Assembly: GCF_963921235.1 (NCBI RefSeq)
Contig: NC_086097.1
Location: forward strand, 34,350,001 to 34,414,000
Length of the DNA: 64,000 nucleotides
Direction: 5' to 3'
Source: Mobula hypostoma
Lineage: Eukaryota
Of the stretch, positions 1 through 12,725 are shown piece by piece. Numbering within the stretch: position 1 is the stretch's first letter; every line of letters begins with the position of its first letter. The translations under genes and the position numbers were made by a program. A model generated the notes under the pieces. The model saw only the letters and a list, made by a program, of their open reading frames with translations, was not told where the DNA came from and did no database searches.

Positions 1-415
1 TGCATAATAAGTGCCCTTTCACCATCTTGTCTACCTGTGATACTGCTTTCAATGACCTGTGCTCCTTAGTCTTCTATTCCATTTCACTCCCTATTGCATA
101 CCTTTCATAATACAAGTCCTAAACTGGTTTGACTTTCCCAAATGCATCACCTAAATTTTATCTGGCATTGTTCCCTGGATTGTACTTGTTACTTTCTAAA
201 ACAATGGAACAACATTAACCACCTTCCAGTCTTCAGGAAACTCACCAGTGGCTGAAGATGAAACAAACATCTCCACTTAGTGCTCTGCAGTTTCTTCTCT
301 AGCCTCCCACAATGTTCTCAGTCAGGCTCTGGGGAGTTATCCATCTCAATGCACTGTAAAAAGCTGCAAATATTTCCTACCCAGGTAATACAAATGACCT
401 CTGAAATATCGCCAC
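1..415 (-). mobile_element. Degenerate CR1 LINE ORF2 fragments
   Basis: Minus strand encodes CR1-like peptides (HRSLKAVSQVDKMVK; VPEDWKVVNVVPLF) with stops and deletions. Confidence 0.7.
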
Positions 416-418
416 TCA

Positions 419-985
419 TTTTATTTATTTCTTTTAAGTTTTTTTATTTATTACTAACAAACAAACGAATGAACAAAACAAAAAAAAACACAGCACATCC
501 ACAAAAAACCACAACCATAGCAAAACCAAATTAAATATTGAGCAGCAAAAGAGAAAAAAATATAAAGGCAAAAGTAAACATACACAGCAGAGGTGCACCA
601 CACCAAAAAACCTCAGTCCTCACCCCGTAAGAAAGCCAATACAGGGCCCCATATCCTTTCAAAGATGTTCCCTCTGTCCTCATTACATAGTCTCAGTCTC
701 TCCAAATGTGAAGTATTTGCCAGTTCTCTCAGCCACAGATCGTACATAGGCACAGAGTCCATTTTCCACATTTGCAGGATTAACTTCTTAGCAATCACCA
801 TTTCAAACAATACAGCCGCTTTTTCATAGATATTGGCTGAAGATAGGAAGCTTGTTTCTCCAGGGATGGCTATGAGCAGGTCCAGTTCCCACCGCTTCCC
901 AAAAGCCTCAGAGAAACAGTGAAAAATACTTTTCTAGTATGCATGGTTTACAACATGACCAGAATGAATGTGACAAGTTACTATT
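419..985 (-). mobile_element. L1/Tx1-clade LINE 3' end (ORF2 C-terminus, 3' UTR, A-rich tail)
   Basis: ORF 613..810 (IAKKLILQMWK...WLRELANTSHLERLR...FERIWGPVL) resembles fish L1 ORF2 C-termini. The T-rich run at about 419-450 is the A-rich tail on the minus strand. Confidence 0.75.
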
Positions 986-1029
986 CACAGATTTACATCT
1001 ATTACAAACTGGCGAAACATCAGGGTAGA

Positions 1030-1640
1030 AACTGTGCAACTTTTCTTTGAAATAATGGAGTCTATGTAGTATTCTAAACTGTATAAGTCTGTGTCTGACA
1101 TTGACCGAACAAATATTTTATTTATCTCTTGGGCAACCATGATTTTCTCCTCAGTACACACAAAGGTGAAATATTTGTTAAAAATCTTACCCACCTCTAG
1201 CACCTTGAAGCATAGTCAGCCCCGTTAATCTCTAAGGGACCTACTCTCTCCCTGGACCCTTTTACTCTTAATACATCTGTAGAACCTCATGGAATTTCAT
1301 TTGACCCTGCCAGCCAGATTCATTTCATATCCTCTCTTTACCCTCCTGATTTCACTCTTAAGAGTATTCTCAATCTTTTAATAGATATCAAGGGATTCAC
1401 TTGCCCCTGACATCCTAAATCTATACCTACTTCTTTATCTTGACCAGAGCCTCAATATTTCTCATCAGCCAAGGTTCCCTAAATTTGCCAGATTTATGCT
1501 TCACCCTATCAGGAGCATGCAGCTCTGGACTTTTGATATAATGCTTACTTGCCATTTGTTCCCTTCCTTTCAAACAGGCTCACCCAATTACCCTCTGATA
1601 AATCCTATCTAATTCCCTGAAATTTGGGCACGTCTGCCTT
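1030..1640 (-). mobile_element. Degenerate CR1 ORF2 (endonuclease-RT linker)
   Basis: ORF 985..1203 (EVGKIFNKYFTFVCTEE) is homologous to the linker in 36882..37346 (EIAEVLNEYFASVFTME). Confidence 0.7.
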
Positions 1641-2054
1641 CTCATTCGATGAATGTCTTGCTACAGAGACTGTGGATCACACAGGATTGAATTGTTATCA
1701 CTTTATTTAGATTGCTAATTTAGGAGAAAAACCACAAGTTACTTTTAATTTTCATTCAAAGAGGCATTTCTCTCCCACACTGCAGCTGAATCATTACAAA
1801 GGGATTTTTAGGATCAAAGAGAAATGCCGCTGCTCTTCTTAAAACGTACTCCAGTAATAAGCCTCCTCTTCAGTGTTTTTGCAGGTGCTGTTCGTGGCTT
1901 GTCAGATGTGCTTCGCTAGCTTACAGCATGCAGAATAAGAAAGAGGCAGCGTGATAACCTTTCTTCAAACACTGCCATCATAATGTGCTGTTTCTGAAGG
2001 TCACCAGGTTGGTCCTGCCTTGCAGACCTGCTGCAAAGATACAGTAAAAGTTAT

Positions 2055-2340
2055 AAGTTCCACAAGCACTTCCCCCAGGCTGTCAGACGGATCAACTCCT
2101 CCACCCATAACCCATTCCCTACCACCACTACAAACAAACCTCCTGTGATACTTTATATACATACAATGAGTCTATGTACGTAACATTGCATTGTATAGGA
2201 TTGCTTTTATATTTACTGTGCCTTGGCTTTGTTATTGTGTTCATTATGCTTATGGTGTTTTTCTAATGCTGCATCGGATCCGGAGTAACAATCATTTTGT
2301 TCTCCTAAGAATGCCAGTTAACAATCTTGAATCTTGAAGA
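2055..2340 (+). mobile_element. Rex1/Babar-type LINE 3' UTR remnant
   Basis: Shares tgctgcatcggatcc-gagtaacaat and a (cttgaat)n tail with the copy ending near 24480. Confidence 0.55.
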
Positions 2341-2382
2341 TGCTCCATAAATAATCCACACCATATAAAACACTACATATTA

Positions 2383-2705
2383 AAGTTCAAAGTAAACTTT
2401 TTTATCAAAGTACATATATGTCACCATATACCACCTTGAGATTCATTTTCTTGTGGGCATTCAAAGTAGGTACAAAGAAACGCAATAGAATCAATGAAAA
2501 ATTGCACACAAAAGTGGACAACCAAACAAAGTGTAAAGACAACAAAATGGTGGAAATACACAGGTAAAAATAAAATTGTAATAATAAATAAATAAATAAA
2601 TAAACAATAAATATTGAAAACATGTGCAGTAGAGTCCTTAAAAATGAGTCCATAGGATGTGGAATCAGTTCAGTGTTGGGTGACTGACGTTATCCACTCT
2701 GGTTC
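2383..2705 (-). mobile_element. Rex1/Babar-type LINE 3' UTR remnant with (ATAA)n
   Basis: Reverse complement matches the 3' UTR at 8760-9030 (gaatgccc-caagaaaatgaatctcaagg...tttactttgaac). Confidence 0.6.
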
Positions 2706-3274
2706 AGTAGACCGCTTAATTAGAATTCCCTTAAGGAGCCTGTGTAAATCCAGCGAATGTAACAGTTGCAAACTGAGAAAAATTATTGCAGTGCTGAAAT
2801 TTTAACCAGTTACTGGGATGGATCAGATCAAAGTTAAGCTTTTTATTTACTGCCTCCTTTTGCCAATAGCATGTAAGTTGCATTTTCTTCCCAGGGCAGT
2901 AACACTACACCAATCTCCTGGCATTACTCTCATCCACCCCCACTTGCTCATACACTGCATCATGTATCCCGTTGGATGCCAGAGAGCAACAGAGCTGGTG
3001 AAGCCAAAAGCAATTCACAAAATCCACATAAATAAAACCAGTCTCCACTTCTAATGGAACAAGATGTTTTTAACAGTGGAAGAACACCACATATATTGCT
3101 GGGTGTGCTTTATTTAACTTGGATTCTTGTGAAATCAGATTTATCTTGCTATTCAAAAAGCAAAATGATTTTGCTTGTGATGTCATCTCTGGATGTACAT
3201 GTTGGGTGGTATATTTGGTATTTACTGTATACTTGCATGATACCTAGGTTACTTTAGCCCTTCTGGTGAATTTC

Positions 3275-3585
3275 CTCAGCTGTACAGTGGAGAGCATTCT
3301 GACTGGTTCAATCGCAGCCTGGTACTGAGGCACAGGATCGCAAGAAGCCACAGAGGGTTGTAGACATAGCCACCTTCATCGCAAGTACACCCCTCCTCTC
3401 CATCGAGGATATCCTCAAAAGGCGGTACCTCAAAAATGTGACATCCATCATTAAGGACCCTCACCATTGAGGACATACCCTCTTACAGCTACTATCATCA
3501 GGGCGGAAGTGCAGGAGTCTAAAAACCCACACTCAACATTTTAGGAATATATTCTTCCCCTCCACCATCAGATTTCTAATCAAAA
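3275..3585 (+). mobile_element. Rex1/Babar-type LINE ORF2 C-terminal fragment
   Basis: Encodes CTVESILTG...AWY and SIIKDPHH...LSSGRKCRSL motifs. Confidence 0.65.
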
Positions 3586-3628
3586 TTTAAAATTAATTTA
3601 TTTTCAAAGTACATATATATTATTATAT

Positions 3629-3900
3629 ACTGGATTCCGGTTTATTGGGCCATTGGTTAATCGGGGCAGTTACTCATTTGGAACAACACTTAAAGAACAA
3701 AAACTAGTCAAGAAAATAGTTGAGATGCCCTTCACTTAATTGAGGCAGGAGACTGCTGCTAAACAGTTTCTAACTAGCATCATTCACATGCACTTGTGTG
3801 GCCATTAGACACTATACTGTGCTCAGGGTGAACGGTTTATAAATAGCATCAGTTGCATGTGTTTGTGTTCAAAAAGCAGCGATTTTTGTCACTGATAGTT
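3629..3900. mobile_element. Tc1/mariner-superfamily (pogo/Tigger-like) MITE fragment
   Basis: Starts after TA with a tggattccggttt terminus. About 3775-3900 is the reverse complement of about 17440-17560 in the MITE at 16941-17597. Confidence 0.55.
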
Positions 3901-3904
3901 AAAG

Positions 3905-4840
3905 TAAGATAAGACCATAAGATAAAGGAGCATAATTAGGCCATTTGGCCCATTGAGTCTGCTCCACCATTTCATCATGGCTGATCCAATTTTCCTCTCA
4001 GCCTTGACTCCTGTCTTCTCCCCTTATCCGTTCATGCCCTGATTAATCAAGAATCTATGGACCTCTGCCTTAAATATACATAAAGAATTGGCCTCCACAG
4101 CTGCCTGTAGCAAAGAATTCCACAAATTCACCACTATCTGGCTAAAGATATTCCTCCTCATCTCCGTTTTGAAAGGACACCCCTCTATTCTGAGGCTGTG
4201 TCCTCTGGTCCTAGACTCTCCCCACTTAGGAAATATCCCCTCCACATCCACTCTATCAAAGCCTTTCACCATTTGATAGGCTTCAATGAGGTCATCCCTC
4301 ATTCTTCTGAAATCTAGTGAATACAGGCCCAGAGCTATCAAACACTCTTCAACTGACAAGCCTTTCAATCCTGGGATCATTTTCATGAACCTCCTATGAA
4401 CCCTTTCCAGACTTAGCACATCATTTCTAAGACAGGGGCTCCAAACCTGCTCACAATACTCCAAATGAGGCCTCACTAATGCTTTATAAAGTTTCAAAAT
4501 TACATCCTTGATTTTATATTCCAGTCCTCTTGAAATGAATGCTAACATTGCATTTGCCTTCCTCACCAAAGACTCAAGTTACAAATTAACCTTTAGGAAA
4601 TCCTGTACAAGGACTCCCAAGTCCATGCGCATCTCATTTTTTTGTATTTTCTCCCTTTCATTTCTTCTAGCAAAGTGCATACCATACACTTCCCAATACT
4701 GTATTCCATCTGCCATTTCTTTGCCTATTCTCCTAATCTCTCTATCTCCTTCTGTAGCCTCTCTGCTTCCTCGAAACTACCTGCCTCTCCACCTATCTCA
4801 TATCGTCTGCAAACTTTGCAACAAAGCCATCAATTCCATC
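3905..4840 (-). mobile_element. CR1 LINE 3' end (RT C-terminus, 3' UTR, microsatellite tail)
   Basis: ORF 4024..4569 (KANAMLAFISRGLEYK...LYKALVRPHLEYC..WSP); taagaccataaga tail at about 3905-3922. Confidence 0.9.
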
Positions 4841-4879
4841 ATGGTATCTATCTATCTTTGGTAGTAGAAATAAACGTGC

Positions 4880-5335
4880 AAACTGGGCAGCCTCCAACCT
4901 GATGGCATGAACATTGATTTCTCTAACTTCGGCTAATGCCCCACCTCCCCCTCGAACCCCATCAGTTATTTATTTATATACACACATTCTTTCTCTCTCT
5001 CTCCTTTTTCTCCCTCTGTCCCTCTGACTATACCCTTTGCCCATCCTCTGGACTTTCACCCCCCTCCCCCTTTTCCTTCTCCCTGGGCCTCCTGTCCCAT
5101 GATCCTCTCATATCCTTTTTGCTAATCACCTATCCAGCTCTTGGCTCCATCCTTCCCCCTCCTGTCTTCTCCTATCATTCTGGATCTCCCTCTCCCCCTC
5201 CTACTTTCAAATCTCTTACTAGCTCTTTCTTCTGTTAGTCCTGATGAAGGGTCTCAGCCCGAAATGTCAACTGTACCTTTTCCTAGAGATGCTGCCTGGC
5301 CTGCTGCGTTCACCAGCAACTTTGATGTGTATTGC
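4880..5335 (+). mobile_element. Penelope-like element 3' end (GIY-YIG C-terminus plus pLTR)
   Basis: Encodes LGSLQPDGMNIDFSNF, followed by a pyrimidine-rich UTR and the ctgatgaagggtctc-gcccgaaa...agatgctgcctggcctgctg repeat. Homologous to 40960-41607. Confidence 0.8.
5236..5273 (+). ncRNA. Minimal type-I hammerhead ribozyme motif (CpG-decayed copy)
   Basis: tagtc CTGATGA agggtctcagccc GAAA tgtc aactg. Both core boxes and stem II are intact; stems I and III carry substitutions. Confidence 0.65.
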
Positions 5336-5364
5336 TTTCCACCACCTTCTGTACCCTTTCCATT

Positions 5365-6050
5365 CCTGGCCATTGGCATTTCCATACCAGGCAACCAGTT
5401 AGGATACTCTCCACAATGCATCAAATTAAGTTTGTCGAAGTTTTTGGTGACCTGTCAAATCTATACAAACTTCCAAGAAAGTAAAGCCATTATCAAGCCT
5501 TCTTTGTGACGACACTTATGTGCTGTTCCCCGGACAGATCCTCAGTTATGTTATCATCAAGGAATTTAAAGCTATTGACTCTCTTTATTTCCATTCCCAC
5601 AATGAGGACTGGCTCTTGGACCTCCAGGTTCTTCCCCCTGTAGTCAATAATCAGCTGTTTTGGTTTGCTGATGTTGAGTGAGAGGCTGTTATTGTGGCAC
5701 CACTCAATCAGATTTTCAATCTCCCTCCTATGTGCTGATTTGTCACCACTTTTAATTTGGCCAACAATGGTGGTGTCAACAGCAAACTGAAGCTGCTCAC
5801 CCTTTCCAGCAACGGCCTCTCAATGAGGACTGGTCTGCGTTCTCTCAACTTTCCTCTCCTGAAGTCCACAATCATTTCCTTGGTCTTGCTGACGCTCAGT
5901 GCAGGCTTGTTGCTGCTACACCACTTAACCAGCTGATCTATCTCACTCCTGTACACCTCCTCACTGAAACGAGATTCTGCCAATAAAAGTGGTGTCATTG
6001 TGAATTTATAGGTGGCAATTGAGCTGTGCATAGCCACACAGTAACAGTCC
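5365..6050 (-). mobile_element. Rex1/Babar-type LINE RT fragments (two adjacent pieces)
   Basis: ORF 5708..6052 (YRSEIDQLVKWC...LSVSKTKEMIVDFRR); a second similar piece at 5365-5790. Confidence 0.7.
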
Positions 6051-6059
6051 AAGGACCCC

Positions 6060-6762
6060 AGGAATAATCAGTAAGAACTTGCATGCACGTTCAAATACAT
6101 ACAACACATGTGCTCTTTACTTTCAAGACTGCTTAATCTCATTTCCAGTACACTAGTGTAAAGGAGAACAAAATAATTGTTATTCCAGATATGATGCAGC
6201 ACAAATAAAAACACAATGATACAAAGAAGACAATAACAAAAAAAGAAACAAATATAAACACATAAGATACCATCTCAGGAACATCTGAGAGTGTGAGAGA
6301 GAGAGACAGAGTGAAACTAGGCACAAGAGTGTCTGTACATAAGGTAACTGACAGGGACTGATAAAGTAGTGGTGGTGTGAAGGGTTAGTGAGGTGTTGAA
6401 CAGCCTGTTCGCTTGGAGAAAGTAACTGTTTTTGACTTTGATGACCCTGGCGTGGATGCTACGTAGCCTCCTCCCTGATGGGAGTGGGACAGGCAGTCCA
6501 TGAGCAGGGTGGGTGGGATCCTTCATGACATTACTGGGCTTTTTCCAGCACCTTTCTCTGTACAGCACATCTCGTTGATGGCTGGTGCCAGTGATGCGTT
6601 GGGCAGTTTTGACTACCCGCTGTAGAATCTACCTGTCTGCCGCAGTGCAGTTTCTGTATCATGTAGTGATCAGTATGTTAGGCAGCTCTCTACTGCACAT
6701 CTGCAGAAGGTCATGAGTATTGATGTGCATAGTCCATCTCTCTTTGGCCTCCTCAGAAAGTA
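6060..6762 (-). mobile_element. Rex1/Babar-type LINE 3' part
   Basis: ORF 6317..6568 (MKDPTHPAHGL..PLPSGRRLRSI...KNSYF). Confidence 0.75.
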
Positions 6763-7559
6763 GTCACACTTAATCCCTGCTTATGCTCCTGCAAACTGTG
6801 GAAGCTATAGATGACGTAAGAAAGTCATATCATTCAACAAAACCTGCAGGAATCTTTCCTTGAGGCTGTCCATTTTGAAAATGATTCCCTTCCTCCTCCC
6901 AAAGACTTTCCCCACCACATCTCCTCACTGCCCCACCCCATTCCACCAGTACCACCACCTCCACCATCTCTATTCACGGTTCTGGGTTATCAAGCAGGTT
7001 ATCTGTGACAGAACGCATTCCAATTTTTTGTATGACATGGGTGCTAAGCACGTGCACCAGGAAAGCAGTCAACTATCACTGTTACTGTTCTTCCCTCATA
7101 CTGGATAGGTGGGAATTTGAAGGAATTCTCTTAGTTAATACATTAAAACACTAATCTGACAGCTTCATGGTCACCATTAGAGATAACAGATTCTCATTCC
7201 AGATATACTTAATCCTTTGATTTTAAGTTCCTCAGAAAACATGGTGGAATTTGATTAAAAGTATGGTTACAGGCTTCCCTGAGATCAGGACATCAACAAT
7301 AACAGGACTTTCTAGTTCCTTCAGACAGGCTAGCTGCTTTCATGAATGATGAGGGTTTCAATACTATTTTATTGCCTGAGTGTGTATACCTTGTGTTATC
7401 ATATCAGAGGATCTGCCCCGGAACTAGGATGTGATGTAAGTGCCATTAAAAAGAAAACATGGCAGCTCCTCTAATTTCTTAGATGGTTACACAGATTCAG
7501 TATGTCATCTAAAATTGTGATAAATTTCTATCCACGCTCAGTGAAGAGTGCCCTGACAG

Positions 7560-9030
7560 AATACATCATGGCCCAATACGGATACATCACTGCCCAAAAA
7601 CAGAAAAGCCCACAAAGGTGGCGGAGCAGGTAGTGTTGAGGAAACAGAGAGCCTGCAGAGAGACTTAGATAGTTTAGGGGAATGGGCAAAGAAGTGGTAA
7701 ATGAAATACAATGTTGGAAAGTATATGGTCATGCACTTTGGTGGAAGAAATATACAGGCAGACTATTATTTAGATGGGGAGAGAATTCAAAATGCAGAGA
7801 TGCAAAGGGACTTGGGAGTCCTTGTGCAGGATACCCTAAAGGTTAACCTCCAGGTTGAGTCGGTTGTGAAGAAGGCAAATGCAATGTTGGCATTCATTTC
7901 TAGAGGCATAGAATATGAGAGCAAGGATGTGATCTTGAGGCTTTATAAGGCATTCGTGAGACCATACTTGGAGTATTGTGTGCAGTTTTGGGCCCCTTAT
8001 TTTAGAAAGGATATACTGACATTGGAAAAGGTTTAGAGAAGATTCACGAGAATGATTCCAGGAATGAAAGGGTTACCGTATGAGGAAAGTCTGGCAGCTC
8101 TTGGGCTGTATTCCCTGAAGTTCAGGAGAATGAGGGGGGGATTTCATAGAAACATTCCAAATGTTAAAAGGCCTGAACAGATTAGATATGGCAAAGTTAT
8201 TTCCCATGGTAAGGAAGTCTAGGACAAGAGGGCAGGACTTCAGGATTGAAGGACAACCATTTAGGACAGAGATGCGGAGAAATTACTTTAGTCAGAGGGT
8301 GGTAAATCTGTGGAATTTGTTGCCACAAGCGGCTGTGGAGGCCAAGTCATTGGATGTATTTAAGGAAAAGATAGATAGGTTCTTGATTAGCCAGGGCATG
8401 AAAAGGTATGGGGAGAAGGCAGGGGAGTGGGGATGCCTGGAAGAATTGGATCAGCCCACGATTGAATGGCAGAGCAGACTTGATAGGCCAAATGGCCTAC
8501 TTCCTCTCCTATATCTTATGGTCTTAAAAGTGTTGAATACTGCCCAGTCTATCACAGGAAAAAGCTTTCCCCACCATTGAGCACATCTACAAGGATTGCT
8601 GCCACAAGAAAGCATCATCCGTCGTCAAGGACCCAAATCATCCAGGCCATGTTTTGTTCTCAATGCTGCCATCAGGAGGGATGTACAGGAGCCTCAGGTC
8701 CCACATCAGCAGGTTTAGGAACAGTTATTACCCTTCAACTATCAGGCTCCTGAGCCAGCATGGACAAGCTCACTCACCTTAACAGTGAATTGATTACACA
8801 ACCGAGGGACTCACTTTCAAGGACTCTACAACCCATATTCTCATTATTATTTATCTATTTATTCTTGTATCTCCAAAGATTGTCTTATTTTGCACATTGC
8901 TTGTTTGTCAGTACGTTAGTGTGTAGTTTTTCATTGATTCTATTGTATTGCTTTGTTTTACTGTGAATGCCTGCAAGAAAATGAATCTCAAGGTAACATT
9001 ATATATATTCTATAGTAAATTTACTTTGTG
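7560..9030 (+). mobile_element. Rex1/Babar-type LINE 3' part interrupted by a CR1 insertion
   Basis: gaaaagcccacaaag at about 7602-7616 resumes as aaagtgttgaatactgcccagtc at about 8528. Downstream are a KDPNHPGH..MLPSGGMYRS motif and 3' UTR. Confidence 0.6.
7615..8526 (+). mobile_element. 5'-truncated CR1 LINE
   Basis: ORFs 7701..8036 and 8161..8580 (QRDLGVLV...LYKAFVRPYLEYCVQFW; YFSQRVVNLWNLLP); tcttatggtctta tail. Confidence 0.9.
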
Positions 9031-10207
9031 AACACAGGTATCTGCCAGCAATTTTGCGCCTTACCCCACCCCACACCTTGTGCATCCTCCTGGCTCAGTC
9101 ATTGAAAGGTGTGCTCCCTGGCTCCTCCAGAAAGCCATGCTTGGCAGCTGAGCTGAATCGCCATCATATTCTCAGACCAATCGGAAACCTCATTGTGTAA
9201 TAAGTGGAGTCCAAAACCACTGATTCCAGTGCACGACAGTTCCGCAATCTCCCTGGGAGTCCACGCGGAGAAATATTCACGTGACCCCAGATTGCTCTTC
9301 TGTTCGTAAGCTTCCTCTGTGGCAAGGTTTTCAGCACTTGCGGGTCTGATTCCACAGAGGCTGGAAGGCTTGAGCACAATGGAGTCAACGGAAGGGATAA
9401 AAATGATAAAGAAGGACAAGTTTCTGCCGGCATTAATAATGCAAAAAGCAAAACTGGAACATGACAGCTAATTGCACCTGGCAGCATTTGTCTTGAGTGC
9501 AAGCAGAAATAATTCAGATTTCACAGTACGGTAACTGAAGCAAAGCGTTACTCACATAAATTCATGGAACTGAGATGCAGGTTGTAAGCTAAAACTAGAG
9601 CAGATCTTCACAGCATGACCTTCAGTGAGTTGAGGGAGACAACCCTGATGACGCAGAAGATGTCAAAGTTGGAGGGTTCCTATGCCAGCCTGCACTCAGA
9701 ACTCGTTAGAAGACGCTAATTGTTGAGTGCTTCACATGAGCAATTAACATCCATCAATGTCTCTCCACCTCCACCCAGCACCCCCCTCCCCAGCAGCTCC
9801 AAAACCTGTCGATTGACACCGACATGTTGGCCCTCGATGACAGCGGTTCCTCGGGGAGAAGACAGTTAAAAAAAAGATCATTTCAGAAATGCTCACCCTT
9901 TCGCTTCTGCACAAAGATGAACTTACAAAATTGACGAGTGGTGCAAGTACAATTGCTTTTGCGAGAAAAAATATTTTTCTTCTGAAGGCTGAGCCCCTTG
10001 ACAATAGTTTATAATAGAATTCCTGGACTTACAGATGCTGAAAAGTAGGACACTCAGAGTGATGCAGTCCAGAAATTCTGAGAGATAGGTGGCAGCAAGT
10101 TTAGGATCCTGTTTTCATGTGGAAAAACACAATTAATGCTGACATTTTTCACAGAATAGAACAAGTTTTCAATATTACCTGGAAATTCTGCACAGATATG
10201 TAATTTA

Positions 10208-10730
10208 CAGCACTGTGCAAAAGCCTTAGGCACATATCTATCACTACGGTCCCCAAGACTTTCTTACAGTACTGTAGTTGTCAATGTGGAGCAGAGAGAG
10301 AGTTTGTAAATCTGGCGGGAGCGAACTGTGTTGGGAATGGCGAGGGTAGAGCGCTGCGGGAGGGCAGTGGAACAGGTGACGGAGAAGGAGTGACAGGAAA
10401 AGGACTGGCGCAGGTGCAGACACACCCAGGCTGGAGGTAATTTTCTCCAAACAATTGGTTCATTGATTATTACAGAATGTCCCTCTGGTGCTTCCCATTC
10501 CCTCCCCTCTCCCCAACCATGATTCCCCTCTCCCTGCCCTCCTTCCCACTCTCAGTCCACAATAGAGACCCATATCAGAATCAGGTTTTTTATCACTCAC
10601 ATATGTCATGAAATTTGATTTTAGTTTGCCGCAGCAGTACAGTGCAACACATAAAATTACTACAGTACTGTGAAAAAAGTCTTAGGTTCCACAGCCACGT
10701 ACATGTGCTAAAGACTTTTGCACAGTACTG
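10208..10730. mobile_element. TA-flanked non-autonomous Tc1/mariner-type element with about 67-bp self-palindromic TIRs
   Basis: 10208-10274 and 10663-10730 each read cagtactgtgcaaaagtctt...aagacttttgcacagtactg with some substitutions. Each is TA-flanked and they are inverted relative to each other. Confidence 0.7.
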
Positions 10731-11064
10731 TATAAACATACATACAGGACAAAACTGATAAATACTAATACAATCTGATTTTTGGGGTCAATTTACAATC
10801 TTGAATTTGGGTGCACTAAGGCTGATGTTAACTGTGAGTTTGTGCCCTTTGGAGAAAGATACCACAAATCATGCACTACAGTCAAAGAGTCATGGAGTCA
10901 TCCTGTATCATGGAAACTTGTCCTTCTATCCACTATGTCAATGTCAGCCACCGACACTACATTTATAACATTCTCATTTTTCTGCTGCCGACCTAGGCCT
11001 TCTGTGCGTTGGAATTTCTACTGCACATGCAAATGTTGTGTATTTGAGAGTTAATAGCCTGCAC

Positions 11065-11700
11065 TACCCCTGCAGGCACTGCATTCCAGATTTCAACCCT
11101 CCCCTAAGTAGAAAACGTCTTCCCCAAATCCCCTCTAAATCACCTATTTCTTACCTCTGAGCCCTGGTTATACACACTCTGCCAGAGTGAGAGCTTCTCA
11201 CTGCTTATCCTCATACTGCCCCTCATCATTTTGTATATCTCATTCAGGCCCCCTCTCTGTAGCCCAAACAATAAAACCCAATCTCTCCAGTCTTTCCTTA
11301 AATTGCCCCACGCTGGCCAACATCCCTTCTGCACCCCCTCCAGTGACATCACCCTCTCTAATAGAGCAATCATAAATACTATATAGTTTTCCAGCTGATG
11401 GTTAACTAATGTTTTATATAGTTAAACTATAATATTCTTGCTCTTATCCTCCAGTTCATGAAGGCAGGTATCCTGAATGTCTTTTTCATTATTTTATCTA
11501 CCTCTACAGTGGCATTCAGGTTAGCTGGAGATGCATATTAACTTACCTGTTCCACAGTACTTTCCCTTGGGTCCTACCATTCATTGTGCATTTCCTATCT
11601 ATATTACTCCTCCCAAATTACATCAACACTCAGTTTTCCAGATTAATTACCATCGGCCATCACTCAACCCATCTGAACCAGCTCATCAGTATTGCTCCCT
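11065..11700 (-). mobile_element. Old degenerate CR1 3' part
   Basis: ORF 11140..11373 contains the remnant LQRGGLNEIYKMMRG and a CR1-like 3' region. Confidence 0.6.
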
Positions 11701-12035
11701 TTCTTCCTTGGACCACTGCCCTCTCCTATCAGATTCCTTCTTCTTCAGCCCTATACTCATTCCACTTATCAACACCCAGCTTCTTACTTCACCCCACCAA
11801 TGCACCTTCCCCTTCATCTGGTCTCACCTGTCACCTGCCGGCAGGTACCCTTTCCCCTCTCCCACCTTATTCTGACTACTGACCCATTCCTTTCCAGTCT
11901 TGATGAAAGTCTTAGCCCAAAATGTCAACTGTTGTTTTTCCCCTCCATGGATGTTGCCTGACTTGCTAAGTTCCTTCAGAATTTTGTGTGTGTTGTTCAG
12001 GATTTCCAGCTTCTGCAGAATCTCCTGTGTTTATA
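11700..12035 (+). mobile_element. Penelope-like pLTR/3' end
   Basis: Pyrimidine-rich UTR, then ccagtcttgatgaaagtcttagcccaaaatgtcaactg and gatttccagcttctgcagaatctc. Confidence 0.75.
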
Positions 12036-12169
12036 GTATTGTTTTGTATTCTTCTCACTGTCAACAATGGTAACCTTGTCCCAGGATTGGAGGCCTATCT
12101 GTGGGAAAGGGATTTGTTTTGCTGTAGTTGCTTGTTGTATGTTGACTGTGAGTTGCCCTGCTGAACGTT

Positions 12170-12725
12170 AAGGACGCGCTTCATCAGCAAATTTTGGAAC
12201 CATACATTTGGTTTCATCCTCCAAGTCTTTAATGTAAATAATAAACAATTGTGGGTCAAAAACAGATTCCTGTAGTAGTCTTCTAGCTACCTCCTTCCAA
12301 TCTGCAAAACACCCATTTATTCCAACTCTGCTTTCTATGATACAATCAGTTTTCAACCAATTCTAACACCCTTCCTTCAATATCATGGACTTTTAATTTA
12401 TGCACGAGCCTCCTGTGTGGCACTTGGTTAATGCTTTTTGAAATCTCAATTGCATTTATAGGTTCCATTCTATCGACTTCCCCTGTCACATTATCAAAGA
12501 ATTCAACCAAATGTTTTATTATATCCAACTTTCCTAAGTGAATAGATATTTTTTCCTTTATTTTGATTCCAGACTCTTGCCAATAATACTTGTTAAACTA
12601 ACTGGCCTGTAGTGTCCCAGCCTTCTGTTCTTCTCCTTTATAAGACCAAAAGATGAGAAGATATAGAAGAATTAGGCCATTCAGCCCATCGAGTCTGTTC
12701 TCACCATCTGATTCCTCTCAACCCC
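12170..12725 (-). mobile_element. Degenerate CR1 RT fragments
   Basis: ORFs 12168..12356 (PQLFIIYIKDL...KFADE) and 12346..12528 (VPHRRLVHKL); CR1 tail at about 12640-12720. Confidence 0.7.

Noticed and set aside
1885..1960. Exon after the strong acceptor tgtttttgcag
   Set aside because: All three frames stop within about 70 nt and there is no convincing donor.
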